This document shows, piece after piece, positions 38,081 to 46,963 of a stretch of DNA of 64,000 nucleotides. Position 1 is the stretch's first letter; every line of letters starts with the position of its first letter. The stretch is from an uncultured Bacteroidia bacterium (GTDB lineage: Bacteria; Bacteroidota; Bacteroidia; Bacteroidales; CAJPTX01), in assembly GCA_963540065.1 (NCBI GenBank), contig CAUTNK010000006.1, positions 50,766-114,765 of the forward strand. The letters are read 5' to 3'. Under the pieces are notes generated by a model. It searched no databases, was not told where the DNA came from, and worked only from the letters and a program-made list of their open reading frames with translations. The translations under genes were made by a program, and so were the position numbers.

Positions 38081-39031
38081 CTATGCCTTCCCCATTTCTT
38101 GACGGAAGTATTCGTAAGTCAAGCGAAGTCCTTGGGATAAGTTGACTGTTGGCGTCCATTGCAACTCCCTTTGAGCAAGCGATATGTCTGGACAACGTTT
38201 ACGAGGATCATCTGCCGGTAACGCATCTTGCGACACTCGGAAAGGGACACCAGCAATAGTTGCGATAGTCTTGGCAAGTTCTGCTATCGTACACTCTACA
38301 GGGTTGCCGATATTCAGCGGCGGATAGCAATGCGGCAACTGTAACAAGCGTACCATAGCCTCAATCAAATCTCCGATATACAGGAAACTCCGCGTTTGTT
38401 GCCCATCACCATATAAGGATAGAGGCTTCCCGTGTAGACATTGGGTCATAAAGTTGCTAATCACCCGCCCGTCATCCATTGACATTCTCGGACCATAGGT
38501 GTTGAAAATCCTAATAATCTGCGTCTGGAGTCCGTATTCTCTTTGATAGGCGACACACAGCGATTCTGACACACGCTTCCCCTCGTCATAACACGAACGT
38601 AAACCGATGGGATTCACATTTCCCCAATAAGATTCTCTCTGCGGATGTTGTAGCGGGTCACCATACACCTCACTTGTGGAAGCAAGCAAGACCTTAGCGC
38701 CTGTAGATTTGGCATGTTCTAGCACATGCATTGTACCTAATGTGTTCACTTTGAGTGTATGAACAGGCATGCGCTGATAAACAGACGGCGAGGCTGGGCT
38801 AGCTAAGTGACATATCCAGTCAAAACTCAAACACATTGCTGCAGGTATCCCTAGCGCCACGTCGTGCTCTAAGAAATGTAGTCGCGACGAAGCGAGACTC
38901 TGCTCTAAATTACTCAATCGCCCAGTACACAGATTATCTATAGCATAGACCTCAACGCCCATAGCCAAAAGCGCATCGCATAGATGTGAACCCACAAAAC
39001 CTGTCGCACCGGTCACTAATACGCTCCTCAT
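38081..39031 (-). CDS. UDP-glucuronate decarboxylase (UDP-xylose synthase, SDR family)
   Basis: About 316 aa. It has VLVTGATGFVGSH (GxxGxxG), the catalytic YDEGKR, and a sequence typical of UXS/ArnA-decarboxylase-like enzymes throughout. The Met at 39031 removes the overlap with the upstream stop. Confidence 0.9.
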   Translation of the reverse strand: MRSVLVTGATGFVGSHLCDALLAMGVEVYAIDNLCTGRLSNLEQSLASSRLHFLEHDVALGIPAAMCLSFDWICHLASPASPSVYQRMPVHTLKVNTLGTMHVLEHAKSTGAKVLLASTSEVYGDPLQHPQRESYWGNVNPIGLRSCYDEGKRVSESLCVAYQREYGLQTQIIRIFNTYGPRMSMDDGRVISNFMTQCLHGKPLSLYGDGQQTRSFLYIGDLIEAMVRLLQLPHCYPPLNIGNPVECTIAELAKTIATIAGVPFRVSQDALPADDPRKRCPDISLAQRELQWTPTVNLSQGLRLTYEYFRQEMGKA

Positions 39032-39732
39032 AGCACACATACACATTCCCCCCTCTCATCAATAACCTGCTGCACTCCATCCAGACGAACGACAAATGCT
39101 ATACCGTTATAAAACGGCTCTATACGCAAATAGCGTTGCGTATAAATCGGCTTCCCCGACTTGTCTATATGCATCCAGCCCTCCAAATCCTGTGCTATAG
39201 CATACCGCTTGTGATATACGCCTAATGATTCATAAGCATAAGGATGCAAGTAACTTCCGTCTCGCGTCATATGCCGATAGAGCCCCGAGGATAGGCGCAC
39301 AGACGACACTCCGTCCTTAAAATCGCCACAGTAGCGGTATACCTCTGGATAAATATACGCCCCATTGATATCTATATGCTTATAACCGCCACCAGCTAAG
39401 CGCACAGGACATAAAGCTTCCTGATAATTACCCACCCAAGCATAACTTTGCTCATAGCTCCGAGTACCGTGCTCGTCAATATGATACCATGCACCATCGT
39501 TATCTACCACAGCAGCCCGAGAGCAGTAATAGCCAAAAACTCGACGGTAACGATGGGCATATAACGGCGTGCCCGAAGCATCGATATGATACCCACCCGA
39601 AGCATCTAATACCGCGGCAATGCCCGGGGGGTGGAAATTGAGTACCTCTATAAAATTCTTACCAAAGAGCCTCCGACCTTCGTATAGATAGTGGGTATTA
39701 TCTAACGAGGTCTCTATCTTCTTCCAATCCAT
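39028..39732 (-). CDS. WG-repeat (KWG-like) protein
   Basis: About 234 aa made of 5-6 degenerate units of the form (W/Y)xHID..G..(I/L)Y...Y: GGYHIDASGTPLY, GAWYHIDEHGTRSY, GGYKHIDINGAYIY, LYRHMTRDGSYLH, GWMHIDKSGKPIY. The start overlaps the carbamoyltransferase 3' end by at least 35 nt. Confidence 0.7.
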   Translation of the reverse strand: MDWKKIETSLDNTHYLYEGRRLFGKNFIEVLNFHPPGIAAVLDASGGYHIDASGTPLYAHRYRRVFGYYCSRAAVVDNDGAWYHIDEHGTRSYEQSYAWVGNYQEALCPVRLAGGGYKHIDINGAYIYPEVYRYCGDFKDGVSSVRLSSGLYRHMTRDGSYLHPYAYESLGVYHKRYAIAQDLEGWMHIDKSGKPIYTQRYLRIEPFYNGIAFVVRLDGVQQVIDERGECVCVL

Positions 39733-41389
39733 CAGGTAAATAAAGTTTGTATTCAATAACGACTCCATCTAACCCCATCCGCGGCATAGCTGCAAGTGCC
39801 TCCTCAGGACGGTGTATTATAGGCTCGCCCCGTACATTGAAAGAGGTATTGATTAGTGCTAATACGCCATATTCTTTGTATAGATGTGAAAGCAACGCAT
39901 ACATCAATAGATTATCGTCTTTACTCTCAATGACCTGTATCCGCGCAGTTCCATTCACATGAACCACACCGGCTAATGCTGCACGATATTCGTCTTTGAT
40001 GTGAAAATCCATCAGCATGTACTTAGCCAACGGCTGAATGGGCGTAGCGGAGACCACTTGAACAATCTCCGCTAGCATAATTGGCGCAATAGGACGATAC
40101 CACTCCCGCTTTTTTATGTGAATCGATACATGCTCTGCCAGTTTCTTATCATTGGCTAATGCAAGAAGGCTTCTATTACCAAGCGCTCGCGGTCCCGCTT
40201 CTCCAAAGCCATTGCAAACTCCTAGTACTTTGCCTGCCATAAGGAGCTTAGCGATGTCTGCTATCAATTCGGAAGAAAACTGCTGCTGTGGAGGGATAAG
40301 CCCAAGCGTATTGAGATACGGACTATGTGTTGCAATAGCATTCCCCTTAAGCCATTCACACAAACTCGCCGCACCTAGACTCAATCCACTATCATTGCAG
40401 CAAGGGGGAATATACACTTGTTCGAAAAGACCGGTTTCTAGCAACTGTGTATTCGTTACAATGTTGAGTGCACAACCTCCTGCATAATAGAGATAACGAG
40501 CACCCGTCTGTTGCTGCAATTGACGGAATTTATCAATAACCTCACGCGAGAAGATATGCTGCAAGCTTGCCGCAACATCTTGCCAAAAGGGTATAGTACT
40601 ATCAAACGATTCGATAGATAAACCGAAGGTTGCCGCAATGGAGGCAAATATCTCTTCCTCTCGATGCCAATACTCCTTGAAATAGTTATGCTCGGCAAGC
40701 CACTGCTCAATATCTGCACGATAGTGTCCCCAACAAGCGTACCCCATCAACTTTCCGGGGACACTGGTGTGTTCGCCGGGAGCTGCTCCTATCATTGCAA
40801 AAGAGAGGGCATTGTCGTTGTAGAAGTTTGCCAAATATTTCGTTTCCCAGCCGTACTCCAACAACTGGATTTTTCCACCTTTGTAGAGAAAAGCAGAGAA
40901 GTTGGATAGACTTGCCGCTCCGTCTAGGTGTACCAGTAAGCTATTCTCTTGGAACGCTCCGTAGAATGGCAAGCAGCTAGCGATATGCGCTAACTCTTGG
41001 GAGCAATTGTAGGCTTCGATCTCCCTTCCCTGCCACGTTTCATACTGATAGTACCCCCATGCGGACTCTAAGTTTTCTGTCAGATGTGAGAGTTTATGCG
41101 CCTCGAACCGAAGCTTACCGCCCGAGGTGATAAAAGCGTTTCCGACAAAGGCATTGACACTCACAAGATCAAACTCCTCCGGGAGTTGGAGTAACCCCTT
41201 ATCAATAAGCTCTTCCAAAAAGAGATCGAGCCGATTGTCATATTTACGACGCGTGTAACGTTCCAACTGAAGATACTGCAACACACGCCCATCCTGCATT
41301 AGACATAGATTGTGATCGTGGGTATAGGCGGGATAATGCAACTGGTTTCGGTCTTTGATACCATATATGGCTAATGTAGCTTTACTCAT
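39698..41389 (-). CDS. NodU/CmcH/TobZ-family carbamoyltransferase
   Basis: 563 aa. Motifs HDHNLCL, YYAGGCALNIVTN and LINTSFNVRGEPIIHRPEEAL match the Carbam_trans N- and C-terminal domains. Confidence 0.9.
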   Translation of the reverse strand: MSKATLAIYGIKDRNQLHYPAYTHDHNLCLMQDGRVLQYLQLERYTRRKYDNRLDLFLEELIDKGLLQLPEEFDLVSVNAFVGNAFITSGGKLRFEAHKLSHLTENLESAWGYYQYETWQGREIEAYNCSQELAHIASCLPFYGAFQENSLLVHLDGAASLSNFSAFLYKGGKIQLLEYGWETKYLANFYNDNALSFAMIGAAPGEHTSVPGKLMGYACWGHYRADIEQWLAEHNYFKEYWHREEEIFASIAATFGLSIESFDSTIPFWQDVAASLQHIFSREVIDKFRQLQQQTGARYLYYAGGCALNIVTNTQLLETGLFEQVYIPPCCNDSGLSLGAASLCEWLKGNAIATHSPYLNTLGLIPPQQQFSSELIADIAKLLMAGKVLGVCNGFGEAGPRALGNRSLLALANDKKLAEHVSIHIKKREWYRPIAPIMLAEIVQVVSATPIQPLAKYMLMDFHIKDEYRAALAGVVHVNGTARIQVIESKDDNLLMYALLSHLYKEYGVLALINTSFNVRGEPIIHRPEEALAAMPRMGLDGVVIEYKLYLPDGLEEDRDLVR

Positions 41390-42027
41390 CTACGTTGTAT
41401 TTTGAAACGGACATCTCGTATTTCTTCGATAGATAGCCCACAAGCGCGTAAGTAAGACTCTATGCCCCCTTCTGCCGCTATCAACGCAATCGCCATCAGA
41501 ATAAGCTCTGCCTGGGTATCCTGTGCACTAGCCAAGTAATCTTGCACGATCTCTTCTATCCCAGCCCCAGTTAGCAAAGCAAGAATCGCGATGATACAGC
41601 CTGTTCTATCCTTACCGTAGACACAATGTATCAATACAGCCCCCGGACTTCGGAGTATTGCGAGCAACGCCTGCCGAACTTGCTCGCGACACCCAACAAT
41701 GAAGTAGCGGTAAGCTATATCATTGCCAGAGCCTGTATGAAACTCGCTTTGCTTAAACCATTCGGACTGCTTCCATGGGTCAAATGGGATAGAGATGTAG
41801 TGCACGCCCTCTAAAACCCCGTGTCGATAAGGTTGTTCTATGACTTCACACTCTGCGCGTAGATCAATAATCGTTGCGATACGGTATTCTTGGCACAACG
41901 ACCGACTATGTGCTTGATCTGACAACATACACAACGCAGCACTACGATAAACGCGCTCCATCGCAAACGAAGAGACGTACTTAGAGGCATCGCGAAAGTT
42001 CAAACAATCGTTTAGGTGGTATATCAT
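41386..42027 (-). CDS. Cys-based (CX5R) protein-tyrosine/dual-specificity-type phosphatase
   Basis: 213 aa. P-loop VLIHCVYGKDRTG (HCX5R[T]) in a Y_phosphatase3-like architecture. ATGA overlaps occur at both ends. Confidence 0.8.
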   Translation of the reverse strand: MIYHLNDCLNFRDASKYVSSFAMERVYRSAALCMLSDQAHSRSLCQEYRIATIIDLRAECEVIEQPYRHGVLEGVHYISIPFDPWKQSEWFKQSEFHTGSGNDIAYRYFIVGCREQVRQALLAILRSPGAVLIHCVYGKDRTGCIIAILALLTGAGIEEIVQDYLASAQDTQAELILMAIALIAAEGGIESYLRACGLSIEEIRDVRFKIQRR

Positions 42028-43085
42028 ATCTCAGACGTCTCAACCTTATTTGCCTCTACAGGTCGGCGCATATTACAGCCTTTACACAACGGATACTCCC
42101 TATAATGCTGTAAGAGATGCTGGTATTCAGCACTACAGAGCACCTCGCGTAAGGTACGCTCCGCTATATTACCAAAATCACCCAGCGCTTGGCGTTGCGT
42201 ATCTGGCGCACAGCAAGGCGATATCTTTCCTGAAGCAGAAATCCACAGCTCTTGTCCTAGAAAAGGACAGATATAAGAGTAGTCGAGCACTTGGTTTGCT
42301 TTCTCCTGTAACGGCAATATATTGTCCAAAATCACCATACTGCCATCTGGCTTTCGATAGCGTACTTGCGCCTCTTTTGCTTTCTCTACAATTTCGTTCC
42401 ACTCTTGGATATACTCCGGTTTCGACGCTATTGCATAGTCCTTAATTTCAGCGAAATGTGTCCACAGTTGATGCCCTTTGACGCGATCTACTCCACACGT
42501 CGCAGCCAAGCGTATGATATCTGGTAATTCGTGCATCGTATGGGACATAAAAGTCAACTGTAGCGTAATGCGACAACGATATCCCGTCGCGGCATAATGC
42601 TGGTCTCGCACGGTTATTAGTTTGTGCAAATTGCTCAATGCAGTAGCAAAATTGCCTCGACGCATCACTCGTTCGTAAGTTTCGGCACAAGCGCCGTTCC
42701 AACTAACTTTAACATCCGAGGTCGTTGGCACAATGAGCTTTGCCCAAGCCTCCACGCCACGTCCAGGAAATGTACCATTGGTGGTAAGGTTAATCTTAAG
42801 CCCATACTCCTTTGCCAACTCATAAATACGATCCATGTGGGCATAAAGCAAGGGTTCTCCCATTGTAGAGGGGATAATTGTATCCACCCCGAGTACTGCC
42901 GCCTCGCTGATGAGTCGCTCCACAATAGGGAGTGGCATACGTCGAGAGCGAATGCCTGTTTTAGCAAACAGTTCCGCCTTAAAATGACTATAGGGGCTGT
43001 GCTCCTCGCACATCACACAATTCAGATTACAATCCTCCGGATTGGTGTCTAGCGTTATACGCCAGAGTTTACTTTCGTTGCACAT
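42024..43085 (-). CDS. Radical SAM enzyme with a SPASM/twitch-like C-terminal Cys cluster
   Basis: 353 aa. It has CNLNCVMC (CX3CX2C), GEPLLY, and the C-terminal CPFLGQELWISASGKISPCCAPD ... PLCKGCNM. Confidence 0.85.
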   Translation of the reverse strand: MCNESKLWRITLDTNPEDCNLNCVMCEEHSPYSHFKAELFAKTGIRSRRMPLPIVERLISEAAVLGVDTIIPSTMGEPLLYAHMDRIYELAKEYGLKINLTTNGTFPGRGVEAWAKLIVPTTSDVKVSWNGACAETYERVMRRGNFATALSNLHKLITVRDQHYAATGYRCRITLQLTFMSHTMHELPDIIRLAATCGVDRVKGHQLWTHFAEIKDYAIASKPEYIQEWNEIVEKAKEAQVRYRKPDGSMVILDNILPLQEKANQVLDYSYICPFLGQELWISASGKISPCCAPDTQRQALGDFGNIAERTLREVLCSAEYQHLLQHYREYPLCKGCNMRRPVEANKVETSEI

Positions 43086-44361
43086 TTCGGAATAACTCCG
43101 ATAAAATCTGACAATGAGCTTCGATGGAGACTACGCGCCCATCCTCCGAATAGAGATACCCCCGCTGCCCCATACGTAAGAGTTCCTCCGCGTGCATTAC
43201 AGCCCATTGCATTTGCTTTCGTAAAGAGGCCGTATCTCTGTGCTTAAACAATAGCCCATTGTCGTGGTGATGCACATACTCAGCCATGCCACCATATTCT
43301 GCCGTAATCACAGGGATGTGACACGCTTGCGCCTCATGAATCACGAGCGGCGAATTCTCTGCCCAGATACTGGGAACTACAATACAGTCCACTTGGTTGA
43401 AGACACGATCGCCCAATTCACTATTGACATATTCGCCACAGAACTCAACTGGGAGGCGACACTGTGCAGCCTGTTCCCTCAATGCGACGGTACTTTGCCC
43501 ATTACTTCGTCCGTAGATCCGGAGTCGCGCATCGCCTTGCAAACCCGAGAAAGCCTCTATAAGCATATTCACCCCCTTAGCGGGTATATGCGTACCTATA
43601 TAGCCAAAAGTAAATGGAGAATGAGGGCAGCGAGGCGTTTGAGGAGGCTGTAAATACTCTAGTGGGAATCCGTAATCGAGATACACTATCTTACGCTCTG
43701 GTAAGCCAAAATCTGTAACAAAGCGCTGGTAGAGATATCGCGCTGGTGCTATAAACAAATCCACTTTATTGATGAAACTGCGTGTAGTCTCCATGCGTCG
43801 CTTAATCCACTGACTCACGGCCGTGAGCTCCCGCTCGCGTTCGTCTTCATGACCAGAGAAATAGACCTCATAACAGCTTTCTGCACATTTGCGATCTTCC
43901 TGCCCTGTACACAAGGCAAAGTTGCAATCTCGCCCAATACTCCGAGTAAGAAATTGACCACGGGGGCACATCAACCAGTAATCATGCAACATATAGACTA
44001 TCGGCACGGCATGTCTATGAAGAACATCGACAATACCCGTAGACAGGTGGGATAGATGCCCTATATACGCTACGTCAGGTTTTAACGTAAGGAGTAACTC
44101 TTCGAAAACAGCATCCATCTGCGCATGACGGTAACCATCCTTCCCCTGCGGATTGTTTACAACATAGATATCCAGTGACGGAGACGCCGCTATATGCCGC
44201 ACAGAGAAGTCACGGGCGTACAAATTCTCTTCTCTTGTAAAGACCGAAACGTGGTGTACTTTACTCAGCTCGCGACATACGGACTGCGAGTAAACCTCAG
44301 AACCGGCATTGTAAACCGGTGGGTAGCCGTGAATAATCTTCAGGATGTGCATTTCTGACAA
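43069..44361 (-). CDS. Family 4 (GT-B) glycosyltransferase with a Cys-rich insertion
   Basis: 430 aa. The C-terminal GT1/GT4 domain carries the E-x7-E-type region (VVPSIWAENSPLVIHEAQACHIPVI). The N-terminal domain has an insertion, CPRGQFL...CNFALCTGQEDRKCAESC. Confidence 0.85.
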   Translation of the reverse strand: MSEMHILKIIHGYPPVYNAGSEVYSQSVCRELSKVHHVSVFTREENLYARDFSVRHIAASPSLDIYVVNNPQGKDGYRHAQMDAVFEELLLTLKPDVAYIGHLSHLSTGIVDVLHRHAVPIVYMLHDYWLMCPRGQFLTRSIGRDCNFALCTGQEDRKCAESCYEVYFSGHEDERERELTAVSQWIKRRMETTRSFINKVDLFIAPARYLYQRFVTDFGLPERKIVYLDYGFPLEYLQPPQTPRCPHSPFTFGYIGTHIPAKGVNMLIEAFSGLQGDARLRIYGRSNGQSTVALREQAAQCRLPVEFCGEYVNSELGDRVFNQVDCIVVPSIWAENSPLVIHEAQACHIPVITAEYGGMAEYVHHHDNGLLFKHRDTASLRKQMQWAVMHAEELLRMGQRGYLYSEDGRVVSIEAHCQILSELFRNVQRK

Positions 44362-44769
44362 CGTTTTCTCAACGATAAGAATCTTGGACTCCAGCTAAAT
44401 AACCGGCAGCATATGCGGCGTGAGGACTTTTATGTCTAACTGTTTCCGCTTGACTTTCGGGCAAAGAATCCAACCTAAGCTTAATTGTTCTCGCCGTTTT
44501 AAGCCATCTTGATACCCTCTTGCTGGCTTCAAGTCACCAATGCAACTTCTCATTCCATTGCCCCGAAATAACAATGCCAAATTTACGTAAAGCACAATCT
44601 TTCGACGTTAAGTTGCTAAGAGATTTTCTAGGACGATTATTAAGGCTACTCCTGTTTGGCTAAAACGAACTCCGAGAGTTTTGGGCGGTTAAAGATTTTT
44701 TTACTATTTTGCATACATAACTGCAGAAATGTGCTCTATCTTACATTATTCTGCACTTAAAATAGAGAA

Positions 44770-46092
44770 ATGGAAATTAGAAGAGATCTTATAGATACGT
44801 TCCTAAAATGGAAAGGGGAAGCTGATAGGAAACCAATTCTCTTGAAAGGAGCAAGGCAAATAGGAAAGACCTGGGCAATGGAAGCTTTCGGTAAAGAGGC
44901 TTTTGAGTTTTGCGCAAAGTTTGATTTTGACCGACAACCAGAATTGAAAAGCGTTTTTCAGACTACTAAGAACCCCGAACGCATCCTTAAAGAGCTGTCG
45001 CTTTATACAGAAGTGCCTCTGGTGGCAGGAAAAACACTCATCATCTTTGATGAAATACAAGAATGTGAGGAGGCACTTAATAGTTTGAAATATTTTTACG
45101 AAGAGGCGCCCGAGTATCATATCATTGCAGCGGGCAGTTTGTTAGGAGTGGCAGTGAAAAAGAAGAGTATGACCGTTCCCGTGGGGAAGGTGCGCATATT
45201 GCGAATGTATCCTATCAGCTTTAGGGAGTTCTTACGTTCGGCAGATGAACGTCTGTTTGAATATGTAGAAGACCTAGAGCAGGCGACACCACTTCCAGAA
45301 ATTATTTTCAACAGGTTAAAAACAGAATACAGACGCTACATGGTCTGCGGCGGTATGCCCGAAGCGGTTATTAGTTTGCTTGATAACAAGGGAATGGAAG
45401 CAGTGGAACAAGTGTTACAAGATATTCTCGATCTCTACGAACTGGATTTTGCTAAGTATGCCACTCCCAAAGAAATACCACGTATTCATACTATATGGCA
45501 TTCTCTTCCGTCGCAATTGGCAAAGGAGAACCGCAAGTTTATTTATAAGGTACTAAAATCTGGTGCACGCTCCAAAGATTACGAGGATGCGCTTCTTTGG
45601 TTGGAAGATGCAGGGATGATTTATCGTGTGTTCAATATTACCAAACCCTCCTTACCAGTTTCAGCCTACGAAGATCCCTCTGCATTTAAGGTCTATGCGT
45701 GCGATTGCGGTCTGCTACGCCGCTTGGCAAAGTTGCCTGCAACTGTTGTGCTGAATTCCACTGCGAATTACACAGAGTTCAAAGGGAGCATGGCAGAGAA
45801 TGCTATTTTACAATCCTTGATGCCACTACTGAAAGACGACGTTCCGCATTATTGGTCGCCAGATAGCAGGGCAGAAGTTGAGTTTATTATCCAACATGGA
45901 GAGGATATTATCCCTATTGAAGTAAAAGCCGAGCAATGTGTCAGCGGACGCAGTTTGTCTGTGTATACCGAAAAATATCAACCCAAACATCGCATACGCT
46001 TCTCTTTTCTTAACCTGCAATACAAGAGTGGTCTACTTAGTTGTCCCTCTCCGCTTGCCGAATGGTATGAGCGCTTCTTGCCGAAGGCATAA
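44770..46092 (+). CDS. AAA-family ATPase with a C-terminal DUF4143-type (restriction-endonuclease-like) domain
   Basis: 440 aa. Walker A LLKGARQIGKTW, Walker B LIIFDEIQ, and a C-terminal EVEFIIQHGEDIIPIEVK (D/E-x-K-like) segment. Confidence 0.85.
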   Translation: MEIRRDLIDTFLKWKGEADRKPILLKGARQIGKTWAMEAFGKEAFEFCAKFDFDRQPELKSVFQTTKNPERILKELSLYTEVPLVAGKTLIIFDEIQECEEALNSLKYFYEEAPEYHIIAAGSLLGVAVKKKSMTVPVGKVRILRMYPISFREFLRSADERLFEYVEDLEQATPLPEIIFNRLKTEYRRYMVCGGMPEAVISLLDNKGMEAVEQVLQDILDLYELDFAKYATPKEIPRIHTIWHSLPSQLAKENRKFIYKVLKSGARSKDYEDALLWLEDAGMIYRVFNITKPSLPVSAYEDPSAFKVYACDCGLLRRLAKLPATVVLNSTANYTEFKGSMAENAILQSLMPLLKDDVPHYWSPDSRAEVEFIIQHGEDIIPIEVKAEQCVSGRSLSVYTEKYQPKHRIRFSFLNLQYKSGLLSCPSPLAEWYERFLPKA

Positions 46093-46202
46093 TATACCTA
46101 ACCAAGCCAAAATCTGCACACTATTGTACGCATCTAAAGGCAACAGCCGAAAAAGAGTAGTCTTGTTATTTACTGCAATCCGCTTCAGGAATAAGGTGGT
46201 GC

Positions 46203-46247
46203 CCGAAAAAAAAATGCAACTACTGAAAGGGTAACAATAGTTGCATT
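46203..46247 (-). terminator. Rho-independent terminator for the minus-strand OMP gene
   Basis: Perfect 11-bp inverted repeat AAATGCAACTA / TAGTTGCATTT (46212-46222 and 46237-46247). On the minus strand it is followed by a T9 run. Confidence 0.7.
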
Positions 46248-46337
46248 TGAAACTTTCCCAGAAGAGAGGAACGACTCCTCCCTTCTCTTGAACTTCCTTC
46301 AAAAGGTTTATGTCCAATTTCTGGAGTTCACTTCAGT

Positions 46338-46847
46338 CTAGAATTTCTGTACAAAACCCACAGAAACAATGGGAACGGCGGAAAAGAAGATTTCGCTGCC
46401 TATTAACGATGTGGGTGCTAGTTCAAAATCGATACCTAGCATATTGGTAAACATGTAACGTCCACCGAGGAAGACGGCAGTGAGTGGTCTGAGTGCCAAG
46501 CCAGAGTCTTCAAACTTCATCATCCGGATTCCGCCCAAAGCGCCACCATAGAGGTCGAAACTTTTACCTAGTTGATTGTGAAGCGTAAGTCTTGCTGCGG
46601 CAATGCTGTGCGAATATTCCAAAAAATAGCCCACGTAACCTCCGAGTCCTAAGGACGAGGTGCCGCGAAATAGATTATCAACAAGATTGTATTCGTAGGT
46701 TAAACCTAGCGCTACTCCGGAGTAGGCATAACCCAGCCGTTCGGAGAGTAACGATTCGCCTTTATTGAATGCTTTAGTAGAATTCTGTCCGTTCGCAACA
46801 GAATAACACAGCGCGAACAAACAAGCTAATAAAAGGATTTTTTTCAT
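46338..46847 (-). CDS. Small outer-membrane beta-barrel protein
   Basis: About 169 aa from MKKILLLACLFALCYSVANGQ. Gly/Tyr-rich alternating strands and a C-terminal F. Confidence 0.6.
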   Translation of the reverse strand: MKKILLLACLFALCYSVANGQNSTKAFNKGESLLSERLGYAYSGVALGLTYEYNLVDNLFRGTSSLGLGGYVGYFLEYSHSIAAARLTLHNQLGKSFDLYGGALGGIRMMKFEDSGLALRPLTAVFLGGRYMFTNMLGIDFELAPTSLIGSEIFFSAVPIVSVGFVQKF

Positions 46848-46874
46848 GGTGTTTGAATTTATGAAATTAACTTC

Positions 46875-46882
46875 CAAAGTTA
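46875..46882 (-). promoter_or_regulatory. Candidate -7 box (TAACTTTG on the minus strand)
   Basis: Perfect TAnnTTTG 28 nt upstream of the start at 46847. Confidence 0.4.
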
Positions 46883-46963
46883 GCTATAGATATTCTTTTG
46901 AAGGAGAACGCTTCTAAACTCATCCAAAATGACTATCTTGTAATAAAATTACTACCTTTAGGC

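Noticed and set aside
44395-44595. 66-aa minus-strand ORF upstream of the GT4 gene
   Set aside because: It has a GTG start and no recognisable motif. Neighbouring frames are broken by stops. It is more likely a decayed remnant or leader than a functional gene.
37352-44769. An integrative element inserted at tRNA-Ser
   Set aside because: There is no integrase, excisionase or transposase ORF. By eye I found no direct repeat of the tRNA-Ser 3' end at the distal border. The region is kept only as an accessory block with decayed borders.
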